Shown piece by piece: positions 1-10,944 of a DNA stretch of 64,000 nt. Each line of letters begins with the position of its first letter. Within the stretch, counting starts at the first letter, position 1. The notes beneath the pieces were generated by a model. That model was not told where the DNA came from and made no database searches. It saw only the letters and a list, made by a program, of their open reading frames with translations. The stretch comes from an uncultured virus (IMG/VR IMGVR_UViG_3300045993_000394) (Duplodnaviria; Heunggongvirae; Uroviricota; Caudoviricetes). Made by a program: the position numbers and the translations under genes. The stretch is taken from IMG/VR virus record IMGVR_UViG_3300045993_000394. One strand, written 5' to 3'.

Positions 1-490
1 GGGACTTAGTAAGGACAAAAAGGCTTTTGGCACTAGCTCTAGAGAAATTGGCGATGCTGTAGTTGAATTACTAAGAAGCATTGTCGCAGATAGACAGGCA
101 ATTGCCGGTAAAGAAGGAAGTGCACACGGTCCTCCAACTGCCATTGGCGACGCCATTAAAGGTATGATAGACAACCTATCTACGTTTAGTGAAGACGAAC
201 CAAAACGGAAACAAGAGGCTGCAGTGGCCGCTGCAAATGCAGCTGCGCTTGCAGCAAACGCTGATAGACTTAAAAAAATGACGGAAGATGCTGCTGCAAA
301 AGTTGCCAATCAGAAAGCCGGGGAAGGAGCACTAGAACAGTTGCAACAAGGTACGCCAGAAGCGCCAAGAGTTAATGTTACAGGTAAACCACATGCAACT
401 AATATTAGAATAATATTCGAGAATAACGGTTCTATTTTTGAAAAGAAGATTGACGGCACTGGTGACGGATCTGAAAACAGTCTAGGATAA
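1..490 (+). CDS. C-terminal end of a longer protein, probably the tail tape measure protein (5' partial)
   Basis: The frame of ORF 164..490 is open back to position 2; Ala/Lys/Glu-rich helical sequence; lies directly upstream of the baseplate genes. Confidence 0.5.
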   Translation, partial: GLSKDKKAFGTSSREIGDAVVELLRSIVADRQAIAGKEGSAHGPPTAIGDAIKGMIDNLSTFSEDEPKRKQEAAVAAANAAALAANADRLKKMTEDAAAKVANQKAGEGALEQLQQGTPEAPRVNVTGKPHATNIRIIFENNGSIFEKKIDGTGDGSENSLG

Positions 491-493
491 AAT

Positions 494-1279
494 ATGTCAA
501 TTATAGATACGATTATTAGAGGTGCCGGTGATGCCGCTTCGTTTGCCGGTGACAATATAGCAGCAGGTACACTCGGTAGAGTCGTAAATTCTACAGTTAT
601 ACCAAGGACACGTGTCGGATTTTATTTTGTCAGTGACAAACAAATGGCAAATAGTAAAGGCGTTTATATGGCCGTAAATCCGCAATCTGTTGCCTTTTCT
701 CAGTCAAAAAGATTTACAAAAGTAGATACTATGAACGGGTCTACTTTTACACACTTTATGGATGAAAGTTTACGTGACTTAGACGTTTTAAAATTGCAGT
801 TCACAGGTTCTACTGGAAATATAAACTTACAATCGTTTAACAAACCAAAACCAGTGTCTACATGGGGTGCATATAATAACCCGTTTGCTAATGCAAACTT
901 TCAGTCTGCTGCAGCATATAACAGTTTAGCCGGTAATAGAGAGCCAGCACCAGAAAAAGAATTGCATGACAAACAAAATTTAAATAAACTATTGCAGTGG
1001 CAAAAGTTATATGCACTAACACGTGAAGAACGCACATATAAAGATGAGTTCGGTCAATATAAAATAAATAATTTTTATGTTGTATATTCAAGTCCTAGAT
1101 TCCCAATAAGGGTTACATTAACCGGATTTTTTGATACAGTTATGTCGTTTACTGACTCTGCAGACGCACCGTTTAATGGTGCATATTCATTTTCGTTCAT
1201 TGCAACAGACTCTACATATTTTAATGATGCAAATCAGATGAACAACGACACGATCGCATACGCCAATAGTCCACGATAA
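494..1279 (+). CDS. Putative tail-tube initiator / baseplate-proximal structural protein
   Basis: MAVNPQSVAFSQSKRFTKVDT and YSFSF segments resemble myophage tube-fold baseplate proteins; positioned after the tape measure gene. Confidence 0.5.
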   Translation: MSIIDTIIRGAGDAASFAGDNIAAGTLGRVVNSTVIPRTRVGFYFVSDKQMANSKGVYMAVNPQSVAFSQSKRFTKVDTMNGSTFTHFMDESLRDLDVLKLQFTGSTGNINLQSFNKPKPVSTWGAYNNPFANANFQSAAAYNSLAGNREPAPEKELHDKQNLNKLLQWQKLYALTREERTYKDEFGQYKINNFYVVYSSPRFPIRVTLTGFFDTVMSFTDSADAPFNGAYSFSFIATDSTYFNDANQMNNDTIAYANSPR

Positions 1280-1284
1280 ATTTT

Positions 1285-3339
1285 ATGAACATTAACGTAC
1301 AAGTTCCAAACTTTAAAGCATACATTTTCGGACTAGATATCACGCTTGATGTGCTTAGTGTGTCATCAAACTGGGGTGCAAACACTAGGCAGCCATCAAC
1401 ATGCACAATTACATTGATATGTGAACATAATAAATATATAGTAACAACACAAGATTTGCTTAAACATGGATTTACGTTTGCTTCAGACATGAACAAGTTA
1501 GTTACACCTAGTGGTGATTTATTCACTGATGCTAATAGACAGTATGACATAACTACTAAATATGCTACAAAAGACAGAATAATAGAAATTAAGAAAAACG
1601 CTATTATAGATTTTACAAAAGTAAAAAGTAAGATGACATTTCGTGTTAACTCCAGTAAACCAGTTAGAGACATAGCGTCTAAATATACTTTCTTTGCCAA
1701 CAAATCTGTATTTCATGCTCAAGATCCAGTTCGTGTGTTTGTAAACAACCCATCTATTGAAGGCGCAGATCTGTGGTACCATTTCTTTTGTGGATTTATA
1801 TCTGATGTATCTATATCACATGACGCTAACGGCAAAACTACATTGACCATCTTAGCAGAAAGTCCAGAAAAGATACTTAGATATTCAAGATTTACATCGA
1901 ACCCCGGCGTTACAGACATAGCTAGTCAAGCCGTTGTTGATTTGATTGCAGAATACAGTACAGACGAATCAATTAGAACTTGCTTTAACAATGTTTTTCA
2001 CGGTAAGTCATTAACTGATACACTGCGTGGCATATTTTATGGCATAGGCTCCAACACGTACGATACAGCAAAATTTAATGATAAAGATTATGCATCAGAA
2101 TGGTTATATGATTTTAGTAGTTTAGATGCACAGCCACAAAGAAAACTCAAATTCGGTATAGGGCACATAAACCCAGTGAAAGAATTTGTGCGTGCCTATG
2201 GAAGCATAGACGCAGCAAGTAAAAATAAAGTAGAATCTATTATTTTAGAAGATTGGAAATTAGAATTAAACCAAAGAGTTTCAGCAAACGACGTTAACGT
2301 AGATGGTTATACATATGTAGATGCAAACACGCCAGATTTAGAATTAGTAAAAATACTTGGTGAACATCCAGTTAGATATCCACCGGGCAACGGCGGTCTT
2401 TTTATTTTAATGCCGAGCGCAATCCTTGGTGCAGATGTCATACAGAAAGATCTGGTGTCCACATTTAATCTGAACACTGAGTGGTCAACCCGTGGAGAGA
2501 TATTATACGCAGCACTAGAGCGACTAGAATTCGTATTCTATACAACACCACGTGGTGACTATGTTGTTGAATTCCCACTGTACGATTTTAAACCATCAGA
2601 CTTTGGGCGTTTGTCGTCACAAGATTATACAATAGACTTAGATAGAACCACAGACGTATCCATCATGGAGTCAGACTCTAAAATATATACTCACATAATA
2701 ACAACATTTGGTCCATTTAGAGACATGGATGGACTACAAGAACAAAATAAAGAGATATTTAGAAGCATAGGTAATTCATATACAGAGTTTGCTTGGTCAT
2801 TAATACCGCTATATGGTTTACGTTCATTGCCTGTTACTACCAAAGGGTATTTAACAACAATGGACGCAGCCAACGTGTACGCCAAGATAGTGATGAATAG
2901 AATGAATTTAGACGCAACAACGTGTGAAGTTAGAACGACATGGCTACATAACATGTGGCCTAATAGACCAGTGTATGTTGAGCATTCGAACATGATAGGT
3001 ACAGTAAAAAGCATAAATAGAAACATTACAGTTGGACAATCTGGTAGAATAAATTGCGACGTTGCATTGTTTGCAATAAGAGGATGGGACGGCACCACAC
3101 AAAAAGACGAGAACGGCAATTTAGTGATGGTATATCAACACGTTGGTGGTAAAGACTCGCACGCTCTTGATTATCATGCAATGTTTGGTGGTAATAAACT
3201 AGACGACAATAACAGATGGTCGAATGAAATGTTTGGTAAACCAAATGACACAGTAGCACCAACACAAACAACACATGCGACAAAAGTAAAAACAAAGACT
3301 AAGCCAGCAGTTAAGCCTAAACCGATTGTTAGGAAATAA
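1285..3339 (+). CDS. Putative baseplate hub protein
   Basis: 684 aa; FCGFISDVSISH and FYTTPRGDYVVE hub-like segments; synteny. Confidence 0.55.
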   Translation: MNINVQVPNFKAYIFGLDITLDVLSVSSNWGANTRQPSTCTITLICEHNKYIVTTQDLLKHGFTFASDMNKLVTPSGDLFTDANRQYDITTKYATKDRIIEIKKNAIIDFTKVKSKMTFRVNSSKPVRDIASKYTFFANKSVFHAQDPVRVFVNNPSIEGADLWYHFFCGFISDVSISHDANGKTTLTILAESPEKILRYSRFTSNPGVTDIASQAVVDLIAEYSTDESIRTCFNNVFHGKSLTDTLRGIFYGIGSNTYDTAKFNDKDYASEWLYDFSSLDAQPQRKLKFGIGHINPVKEFVRAYGSIDAASKNKVESIILEDWKLELNQRVSANDVNVDGYTYVDANTPDLELVKILGEHPVRYPPGNGGLFILMPSAILGADVIQKDLVSTFNLNTEWSTRGEILYAALERLEFVFYTTPRGDYVVEFPLYDFKPSDFGRLSSQDYTIDLDRTTDVSIMESDSKIYTHIITTFGPFRDMDGLQEQNKEIFRSIGNSYTEFAWSLIPLYGLRSLPVTTKGYLTTMDAANVYAKIVMNRMNLDATTCEVRTTWLHNMWPNRPVYVEHSNMIGTVKSINRNITVGQSGRINCDVALFAIRGWDGTTQKDENGNLVMVYQHVGGKDSHALDYHAMFGGNKLDDNNRWSNEMFGKPNDTVAPTQTTHATKVKTKTKPAVKPKPIVRK

Positions 3340-3341
3340 GT

Positions 3342-4736
3342 ATGGTTATTAATACGGTTGACATTTGCAATCCAAACGGCGTACATAACCGCGCATTGCG
3401 TGCTACGCTTGACACCGTTGATTTTCGCAATGGCACAACCACGCTTGCTTTAAATGGTCAGCCGTCATCTGGTAGAATGGCTGCTATACCGTGGATATGG
3501 TGTTCATTCCCAAATAGTGATCCGTATACAAGTTCATGGGGTAGATATTCGCCATATAAAGACGATCGTGTAAAGATAGTTTATGACTATGATAATACAC
3601 CATATATAGTAGGATATGATATCATAGCACCAAACGATGAAAACTTTAATAAGAAACAATACGAAGGATATAGCTTAATATCAGACATAGCATCTGAACG
3701 CTATCCTTTGTTTAAAGAACTGAATCCAGGCGAGTTTGATTTTAAATCGTCAGGCGACGCTTATATCTACGGATCAGATTCAGGCTTATTGTTCTTTGGT
3801 GCTGGCGTTTCAAGCATATCATTAAATAAACCTATCAAGAACATAGCATACAACTCTTATTTGCATAAGTTCAGCAGCACAACAAGTTATTTACGATTTG
3901 GCCAAGTAAGGCGCACACTACCGGGTACGGCCACCGAAGAACCCGAGTCATTCCTACCAGATCCGTCAGTGCCAGTTTCACCGTGGAACCCGACATATAA
4001 CGGTACTGAGTTTAATCTCCATATATCAAACCCAATAAACGGTATAGACGTAGGCATAGTTGATTTTGTTGTAGGCAACGTAGCTGGAAGCGGGGCATTA
4101 GATTCAATAGTTAAAGTTTCTACATTCGTTCCGCCTGGGCGTATAATGTGGTCACTGGCTATAAACGATTTGAATTCTGGTCTAATACCAAGATATACAG
4201 AAGCAATAGACGAGTTTGGCAACGTGAACATTGAAGCATTAATAGCGACAGACCATTCAATAAACATGCCGTTGTGTAGTTTTGATTCCACATACAAGAA
4301 TAGTTCTGAAACAGTCCTGCTAAATAAGTCAATAGATGTTATAGGTCAAGTGGCTATAAATTCAAAACTCACTATGGATTTATCGACAAAGACCATACTT
4401 ACTCTAACCGGCAACATGATAAACCTCGATGCGTCTAAAGGTGCTACAATATCTATCAACGGTGCAGCTGGCGTTTCTGTTGAGTCAAAAACACTTATAC
4501 AGCTATCTGCACCGCAGGTGGCCATAGGGCCTGCGCCTGTTGGCGGTGTTCTCAATGGAGATGTACTCGGTATTGCCATATCGAGTTCAGTTTATCCAGC
4601 AGTTGCTGCTATAATGACAGCAGGTGCTTCTGCCCCGTTTGCTGCTCCTGTTGCAGCAGCCACCGCAGCGGCTTTTTCTGCACTAATCGCAGCTTTTGTT
4701 GCTTCAACTTCAAAGACTGTCATGGTGTCACTATGA
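3342..4736 (+). CDS. Putative baseplate central spike (gp5/gpV-like)
   Basis: N-terminal OB-fold-like region, C-terminal beta-strand repeats and a GGVLNGD plus Ala-rich tail; synteny. Confidence 0.5.
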   Translation: MVINTVDICNPNGVHNRALRATLDTVDFRNGTTTLALNGQPSSGRMAAIPWIWCSFPNSDPYTSSWGRYSPYKDDRVKIVYDYDNTPYIVGYDIIAPNDENFNKKQYEGYSLISDIASERYPLFKELNPGEFDFKSSGDAYIYGSDSGLLFFGAGVSSISLNKPIKNIAYNSYLHKFSSTTSYLRFGQVRRTLPGTATEEPESFLPDPSVPVSPWNPTYNGTEFNLHISNPINGIDVGIVDFVVGNVAGSGALDSIVKVSTFVPPGRIMWSLAINDLNSGLIPRYTEAIDEFGNVNIEALIATDHSINMPLCSFDSTYKNSSETVLLNKSIDVIGQVAINSKLTMDLSTKTILTLTGNMINLDASKGATISINGAAGVSVESKTLIQLSAPQVAIGPAPVGGVLNGDVLGIAISSSVYPAVAAIMTAGASAPFAAPVAAATAAAFSALIAAFVASTSKTVMVSL

Positions 4737-5239
4737 ACATAGTGCAGAAGTCAAATCTGCTTATCTGTTTGTCTGCTTCGTTGGGTCTATTGCCAGACTC
4801 GTCCATTGATGCAATAATAACAGTTATAGACTTCATGACAGTAGGCATTAACATACAGATAGCTAAGCTAACTAGTGATGCTGTGCAGCAGGTGTATGAA
4901 GTCACTAAACTAAAAATCAGTCGAGAAGTAGCTCAGCAAGCAATAAATCAAGTAAACTCAGGTATCAACCTTATAGCTGGAAAAGCAGCCAACGCTACTG
5001 CATCGTGTCCATATGTAGGTCAGTTCATAAACGTAGGTACATCATATACGAACAGCGCCACTGGTGCGCTGAACAATTTTATCAACATGATTGACTACAA
5101 GAACTCACTGGTCACAGCTGTCAATAACGACATAGCTAAGTTGCAGATTTACACAACGTTCTTGAAAGACTTTAAAGAAGCAATGCTCGCCATGAAGGCG
5201 TTGCGTACTTCTGTGCAGGCTATGGCCTCGGTGAGGTAA
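4733..5239 (+). CDS. Hypothetical helical protein in the baseplate module
   Basis: 168 aa ORF with ATGA overlap to the upstream gene. Confidence 0.6.
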   Translation: MNIVQKSNLLICLSASLGLLPDSSIDAIITVIDFMTVGINIQIAKLTSDAVQQVYEVTKLKISREVAQQAINQVNSGINLIAGKAANATASCPYVGQFINVGTSYTNSATGALNNFINMIDYKNSLVTAVNNDIAKLQIYTTFLKDFKEAMLAMKALRTSVQAMASVR

Positions 5240-5240
5240 T

Positions 5241-5684
5241 ATGAGCGTCACACTTAAAATACAGACGAACAAGAATGGCGCTCCAGCAGGCGACATAGAT
5301 ATATCTGAAGCGAACGGAAGACCACTTCTCGTAAGCGATAGACAGAAATTGGGGCAAGATATCGTCTGCAATTTAGAAACAGACGTGAGGGCCAACGGCG
5401 TCGGTGCCGGTATATCAAGCTTAGTAGGTACAGTGCCGCGTGATTATTACTCGATGTCCATTATGTTTTCAAACCAGATAAAGAGCAGTTTCGACACCAT
5501 TATTGCACTGCAGAAAGCAACATCGTCAACCAGAACTGCGCTTGAAATGCTGTCTTCAGCCACAGTAAGCAATATGTCAGTGGACAGCAACGATCCACGC
5601 GTGTTTATTTATAAGCTTAACATAACTAGCGTAGCCGGTCGTGCTTTGCAGATAAACGGTGCCATAAACGGTCTTGGAGCATAA
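5241..5684 (+). CDS. Baseplate wedge subunit, gp25/gpW-like
   Basis: 147 aa; GDIDI...LLVSDRQKLGQDI pattern; immediately upstream of the baseplate J-like gene. Confidence 0.6.
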   Translation: MSVTLKIQTNKNGAPAGDIDISEANGRPLLVSDRQKLGQDIVCNLETDVRANGVGAGISSLVGTVPRDYYSMSIMFSNQIKSSFDTIIALQKATSSTRTALEMLSSATVSNMSVDSNDPRVFIYKLNITSVAGRALQINGAINGLGA

Positions 5685-5685
5685 T

Positions 5686-7143
5686 GTGACAATAGAACAG
5701 ATATCTGCGGCTACGTTCTCAGACACCATAAGCAACACAATAACGTCAATAAATAGTAAATACGATGTAAATATAGGGCCAATACCTGACCTTATTATAA
5801 ACCCGGTATCAGCTGTCCTCGAAGAGCAGAACAACAGAATTATTCATCTACAAAACTTACTTATGTTGCTCGATGACGGTTCTATAAGTCGAGCCGACAT
5901 AGAAGCATTCGTGGCCAACGAAGGCATCAAACCAAGCAATGGCACTCCGTCTACCGTAATACTTACTTTTTATGTAACAAAGAATTCGTCAACTGATCTT
6001 ACTATACCGGCTGGCTTTCCTGTTGGAACCGGGCAAGACGCCAACGGTAGTCAATACACATTTTCTACAAATGTCTCTGCCACGCTATCGTCCATAGCTG
6101 GTGTAGGTCTTAACGGATTGAACAGTCAACTCAAGAGATGGGAACTTCAGGTTCCTGCTACTTGTACAAAGACAGGCTCTGAAACAAACATCTCGGCCAA
6201 CTTAGCTACAAAGCTTCTACGTGGTTGTGCATTCAGCAACGTAACAAATACATCTCCTGCCACTGGCGGTCGCGACTCAACAACTAACGCAGAACTTATA
6301 GAACAGTACACCATTGCCATAACCGGAGCAAACGAAGCTACTGTAGATGGTACCAAGCGTGTTGTTCGCGACATGTTTACGTCTGCTGAGGATTCTTTCT
6401 TGGTTTATGGTAACGATTCGTTGCTTGAACGCGCAGCAACCGATGCCGGTGCAGTAGATATGTGGGTTCTAGGTAGTGTACCTTATAGCCATACAGACAT
6501 AGGCACGTTTTATTCTGCAGATACGCCAATTTACATGCTAAATCAGCCTGTGGATTCTATAGCGTCTATTACTTATGGAAGTACAACACTGTTGCCTGTA
6601 AACCTAGGTGTTGACTTCTTCTTTAATAAAGATGCGTCAGGCTACTCAGACTCGATGTTATCTAAAGACAATATAACATTTAGGTCTAACATTGGTATAT
6701 CAGTTGGTACGCCAATAACAATAAACTACGTACAAAACAGCATTGCGGCTTCTATCCAAGCTACTATGAATACACCAGACAAGCTGGTGCTTGGTAGAGA
6801 TCTTCTCGTACGAGTAGCACACAAAGTCAACATAGCTGCATCTGCAACTATTACGTTCAGGTCTGGCGCTGTTTCAGACCAAATAATCAAGAACGCTAAG
6901 ACAGCCATTTTTAATTTCATCAACGGACTGATGCTCGGAGCACGTATTCCAGATCAGTCCAGCGGTGGGTCGGTGCAGTTGTCTGACTTGGATTATGAAG
7001 TTCGTAAACTGTCCGGTGTAGACAACTTTACCATAACAGGCCTTTACAAAAAAGGTGAAACACCAACAACGCCAGTGACTGACTACGTTATTTACAATAA
7101 TGAGTATCCTCGTATAACCTTAGACGATATCTTCATTACATAA
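5686..7143 (+). CDS. Baseplate J-like wedge protein
   Basis: TIPAGFPV, VPATCTKTGSETNI, VTNTSPATGGRDSTTNAEL and GAVDMWV motifs typical of baseplate J; GTG at 5686 with GGAG RBS preferred over TTG at 5674. Confidence 0.85.
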   Translation: MTIEQISAATFSDTISNTITSINSKYDVNIGPIPDLIINPVSAVLEEQNNRIIHLQNLLMLLDDGSISRADIEAFVANEGIKPSNGTPSTVILTFYVTKNSSTDLTIPAGFPVGTGQDANGSQYTFSTNVSATLSSIAGVGLNGLNSQLKRWELQVPATCTKTGSETNISANLATKLLRGCAFSNVTNTSPATGGRDSTTNAELIEQYTIAITGANEATVDGTKRVVRDMFTSAEDSFLVYGNDSLLERAATDAGAVDMWVLGSVPYSHTDIGTFYSADTPIYMLNQPVDSIASITYGSTTLLPVNLGVDFFFNKDASGYSDSMLSKDNITFRSNIGISVGTPITINYVQNSIAASIQATMNTPDKLVLGRDLLVRVAHKVNIAASATITFRSGAVSDQIIKNAKTAIFNFINGLMLGARIPDQSSGGSVQLSDLDYEVRKLSGVDNFTITGLYKKGETPTTPVTDYVIYNNEYPRITLDDIFIT

Positions 7144-7150
7144 GGCAAAT

Positions 7151-10100
7151 ATGTCAGATACTGACTTCATAATTTGGGCAAGAAACAAAGCAAAAAATGC
7201 AGAGTCTGTTGCTGAATACACAGCGCGACGCACCGCAATTATACTTAATGGTGGTTCTTTAAGTGATCTAAATGAAGAAAACAACGGCATAACGCATGGT
7301 TTTATTGGTAAACTATATGCCACTACGCCGTATGGCATTCCAACATATTCTATTCCATTTACTATATTGTACAACTATACGAATAGTGGGTCCGGTGCCA
7401 TATCAATACCAGACGGCAATAGTTCACATGTTGTATATATAGACGGATATCTTGGATACGCATTTATAATACCCGATGGACTTGATTGGTCAATAACAGG
7501 TTCAACATTACAGTATGGTATGTTGTATTCTTCTGAGCCAACTGGCGTTCGCACTTCAATGTTAAATGGTGATATGAGAATATGGCAACAAGCTCTTGGT
7601 TTAACATATCAAGCATGTAGTGACGGAATATTTACTTACGATCCATCAGTGAATGTTTTTAATTTTACTGTTAGCAGCACGCAGATGGGCATATTTCAAT
7701 CGTTTTTAACAGTGAGCATTGTAAATGCCGATGGTACAACATTAGCGTCACCTTGGTCTTATGATATAGCTTCAAGCTTATCGTCAACTAATTCAAAAAG
7801 AATAAACATGTCGTTGAGATACAACGGCACACTGCCATTCGGTCCAACCTATAGATTTTTAGTTTCATTGTCTACGGACACACACCTACAAACAATACCC
7901 ATTAACATATACACACCGCAACAAGATTTTATCTATACACATTATATTGGCGCAGGTGACCCAACACATGTGGATGGCAACATTATAAACGCAGCAGGCG
8001 CAGTTGATGTGATTGGCATTAAAAACGGCAACTGGCCTAATTGTTATGCAGGCGACATAATAGAAATAATGGTTGATATATCTGCAGCTGATGGATCATA
8101 CTTAGCATATCACCAACCAACGATAACTTGCACACAAGGCGAAGGCGTGTACGCCACAACGGTTCCGAACTACGCTTATTATTTTACAAATGGCGCAAGC
8201 ACAAGAATAGAAAAACTAACCGACGTAACAACACCAGATGGCTATCAAACATTTAATGTAAACATGGTAAGCCCAACGAACACGCACCTTGATGCAATAC
8301 AGGTATATGTTCATAATGATGATTTTTCGTTGAGCACCAACAGTAGCACAATAGTTGTTGCAAATGCTGCGTCGTTGTCAACTGCGTTAACATTCCTCGT
8401 GTGGCCAACATTTCCATACAGATCAACTCCGTTACCGTCTTCTGCGTTCACTTTGACCAACGTTTCTACAGACTTTACGTTCATATACTTAACAGTAGCC
8501 ATAACTGACACAACAGGCAACCCACATGGAGACACCACAAAATTAATATCGATACAAAGTACAACTGCAACGCCAAGCGGTGGTAAGCACGACTTAGTGT
8601 TGCGTGGAACTTCAACGAGCGGTACGCACCACTGGATACACGACATAACAATACCTGTAACTATATATAGAGATTACGACTTCTCTATGAGTTGGTCTAG
8701 TGCTCATTCATTTTCATCAACTAGCACTTCTGCAACCGAAACAACTGGCGCAAAGAATTTTTACGTCGGTTATTCGTATACATTAGGGTCTATATTAACA
8801 TATTTTGGCACTAGTTCTAATACAGTAGACACGTCTTGGTCTGTATCCATTGACGACACTAACATATCCTGTGGTGCTGTTTTTACAACAGCAGAAATAC
8901 ACGATATTACAATATCCGTACCAAACACTGTAACACCTGGAAATAAGCACATTACGTGCACGGTCACATCAATAATAACCGATGCAACATATGAAATTAG
9001 CCACACGCACACATTTGACATATATATAAAAGTGTGGGGAACAAATATATCAATAACAACAGATAGGAATAGTACCGGTGTTGCCTTATCTATTCTTAAA
9101 GATACGTCTGCAACAATAAACTATACAATATCACCGCTTAATGCGGACAACTTCCCACATGCGCTGTTGCTCACAGCAACGAGCGTAGCATCGGGTGCCA
9201 GCGTTAACGGTGTAATGCACGGTACTGTTGCTTTAGATCTTGGGTATGGTGGTGCTGGTGCATATGTATATACACCATCAATAGATTATGCCACGGATGT
9301 AACAAATGCGTTTAGCAACCTAACTACGAATCCAACAACAGACATCTCAACTGGCAGTGTAGTTCTTTATGTTCCGCCCAGTGCAACTGTTGGCGCTGCA
9401 ACATTCTCATTAAACGCACTAACGAATGACGTCACAAACACAGTTGGATTTAACTACCGATCTACGATAGTTTATTATGAAGTGCGTGGAAGAGACTTCA
9501 CTGCTACACCAGATGCGACCACGATAAATATCACGGCTGGTCAGTCAATCAGTGTTTTATATACGTTTGCGCCAACAACAGTGTATGATAGCGTCCCTAC
9601 TATAACATCGTGTGCGCACACGTGGACAAGAACTTCACCGACGTCTGGTGCTGCAGCCGACACGACTGCTCCAGGTGTTTCAAATATCGGGGTCTTACTC
9701 AGCGGTAAGTATCAAATAAATATAGGCACCACAGCACACGATTCATATCACGGTGGTACTGAGTCATATACGTTTACGGCAAGCTTCAATGGCGTCACGA
9801 CCGCCACTGCTGTAACCATAAACATTTTAAATTATGATTTTAACTTAGCTTATTGGTCAGGAAGCGCCACTGGCAGCAACAAGGTTGGCAACACAACAAG
9901 TCGTGGCATATATGCTTATCCGCTTACATACGCTGCGTTTTCACCATCAAATATGGTATGGACATATACAGTAATAGATACTGGTGGTGTTACTAGATCT
10001 TCAGCTTACTCTACGTCTACATATGGATTAACTGCTGTTATAACAGATAGCGGCGTATATTCAAGCTTTTATGGTATGAGTATGGACGTAACTTCATCGG

Positions 10101-10909
10101 CATTAACACCACTTGGTACATATACATTTACAATAAATGCAGCTAACAGCTTATTTAACCATGATATAAACTTTACTTTAACTATTACTGCACGTTACGA
10201 CTTCAGTGAAGAAACACGTACGGCAGACAATACGTCCATTTATACATTACCTGGATCAATTACTCTGTATGCAAATTCAACCTATAGTTACATAATTAGA
10301 ACAAGACGCTTATATACAGACCATGCGTTTGCAATGTGGCCACGCAACGACACCACGCATATACAGATCAACGGCGATGTTAACGGTAAATTCTTCGGAT
10401 CTGAAGACCAAGACGTGACAGTGACAGTGAGCATACCGCCCACGGAAACTAGTGGTAATATATTCACTTATTGGGTACAGATGGGGCCAGCAGATTCTCT
10501 TGTAAATGCAAAACTTGGTACATATACCGGAGGCACATTTACAAATACCGCATCTCAGACTGTTAACGTGCCGTACTTGTCGTTTGATGCTCGCATAGGA
10601 ACATCTGGCGCTGCAACATCGGCATCTGGATTTGCTACCACCGGTACTCCATTTACTCCATATATAAATACAATACCATTTACTAGTGCAGCGACAAGTA
10701 ATGTTACATGGAGCGCTGGCGGGGCTGGCTTATTTGCTGTGTCATTGGATATGTCGCACTTACCAACCACAACCAACCAAGTTGGTACTGGTTACTACGT
10801 GATTGTAACAAAGAATACGTCAATCCCAGGTCCGTACGTATTTACTCTTACTGCGACAAATCAAAACAATCAATCTGTTACATTGACGTTTAACATGCTT
10901 ATAACATAG
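7151..10909 (+). CDS. Large Thr/Ser-rich virion protein with tandem Ig-like beta-sandwich repeats
   Basis: 1252 aa; recurring (Y/R)DF(S/T/N) domain starts; located in the tail module. Confidence 0.6.
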   Translation: MSDTDFIIWARNKAKNAESVAEYTARRTAIILNGGSLSDLNEENNGITHGFIGKLYATTPYGIPTYSIPFTILYNYTNSGSGAISIPDGNSSHVVYIDGYLGYAFIIPDGLDWSITGSTLQYGMLYSSEPTGVRTSMLNGDMRIWQQALGLTYQACSDGIFTYDPSVNVFNFTVSSTQMGIFQSFLTVSIVNADGTTLASPWSYDIASSLSSTNSKRINMSLRYNGTLPFGPTYRFLVSLSTDTHLQTIPINIYTPQQDFIYTHYIGAGDPTHVDGNIINAAGAVDVIGIKNGNWPNCYAGDIIEIMVDISAADGSYLAYHQPTITCTQGEGVYATTVPNYAYYFTNGASTRIEKLTDVTTPDGYQTFNVNMVSPTNTHLDAIQVYVHNDDFSLSTNSSTIVVANAASLSTALTFLVWPTFPYRSTPLPSSAFTLTNVSTDFTFIYLTVAITDTTGNPHGDTTKLISIQSTTATPSGGKHDLVLRGTSTSGTHHWIHDITIPVTIYRDYDFSMSWSSAHSFSSTSTSATETTGAKNFYVGYSYTLGSILTYFGTSSNTVDTSWSVSIDDTNISCGAVFTTAEIHDITISVPNTVTPGNKHITCTVTSIITDATYEISHTHTFDIYIKVWGTNISITTDRNSTGVALSILKDTSATINYTISPLNADNFPHALLLTATSVASGASVNGVMHGTVALDLGYGGAGAYVYTPSIDYATDVTNAFSNLTTNPTTDISTGSVVLYVPPSATVGAATFSLNALTNDVTNTVGFNYRSTIVYYEVRGRDFTATPDATTINITAGQSISVLYTFAPTTVYDSVPTITSCAHTWTRTSPTSGAAADTTAPGVSNIGVLLSGKYQINIGTTAHDSYHGGTESYTFTASFNGVTTATAVTINILNYDFNLAYWSGSATGSNKVGNTTSRGIYAYPLTYAAFSPSNMVWTYTVIDTGGVTRSSAYSTSTYGLTAVITDSGVYSSFYGMSMDVTSSALTPLGTYTFTINAANSLFNHDINFTLTITARYDFSEETRTADNTSIYTLPGSITLYANSTYSYIIRTRRLYTDHAFAMWPRNDTTHIQINGDVNGKFFGSEDQDVTVTVSIPPTETSGNIFTYWVQMGPADSLVNAKLGTYTGGTFTNTASQTVNVPYLSFDARIGTSGAATSASGFATTGTPFTPYINTIPFTSAATSNVTWSAGGAGLFAVSLDMSHLPTTTNQVGTGYYVIVTKNTSIPGPYVFTLTATNQNNQSVTLTFNMLIT

Positions 10910-10944
10910 TCCTAAGTTACATATCTTATGACATTATTTCTTGT

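Noticed and set aside
494..7143. Extracellular contractile injection system or tailocin
   Set aside because: It is contiguous with a full phage replication module, so a phage tail is the simpler reading
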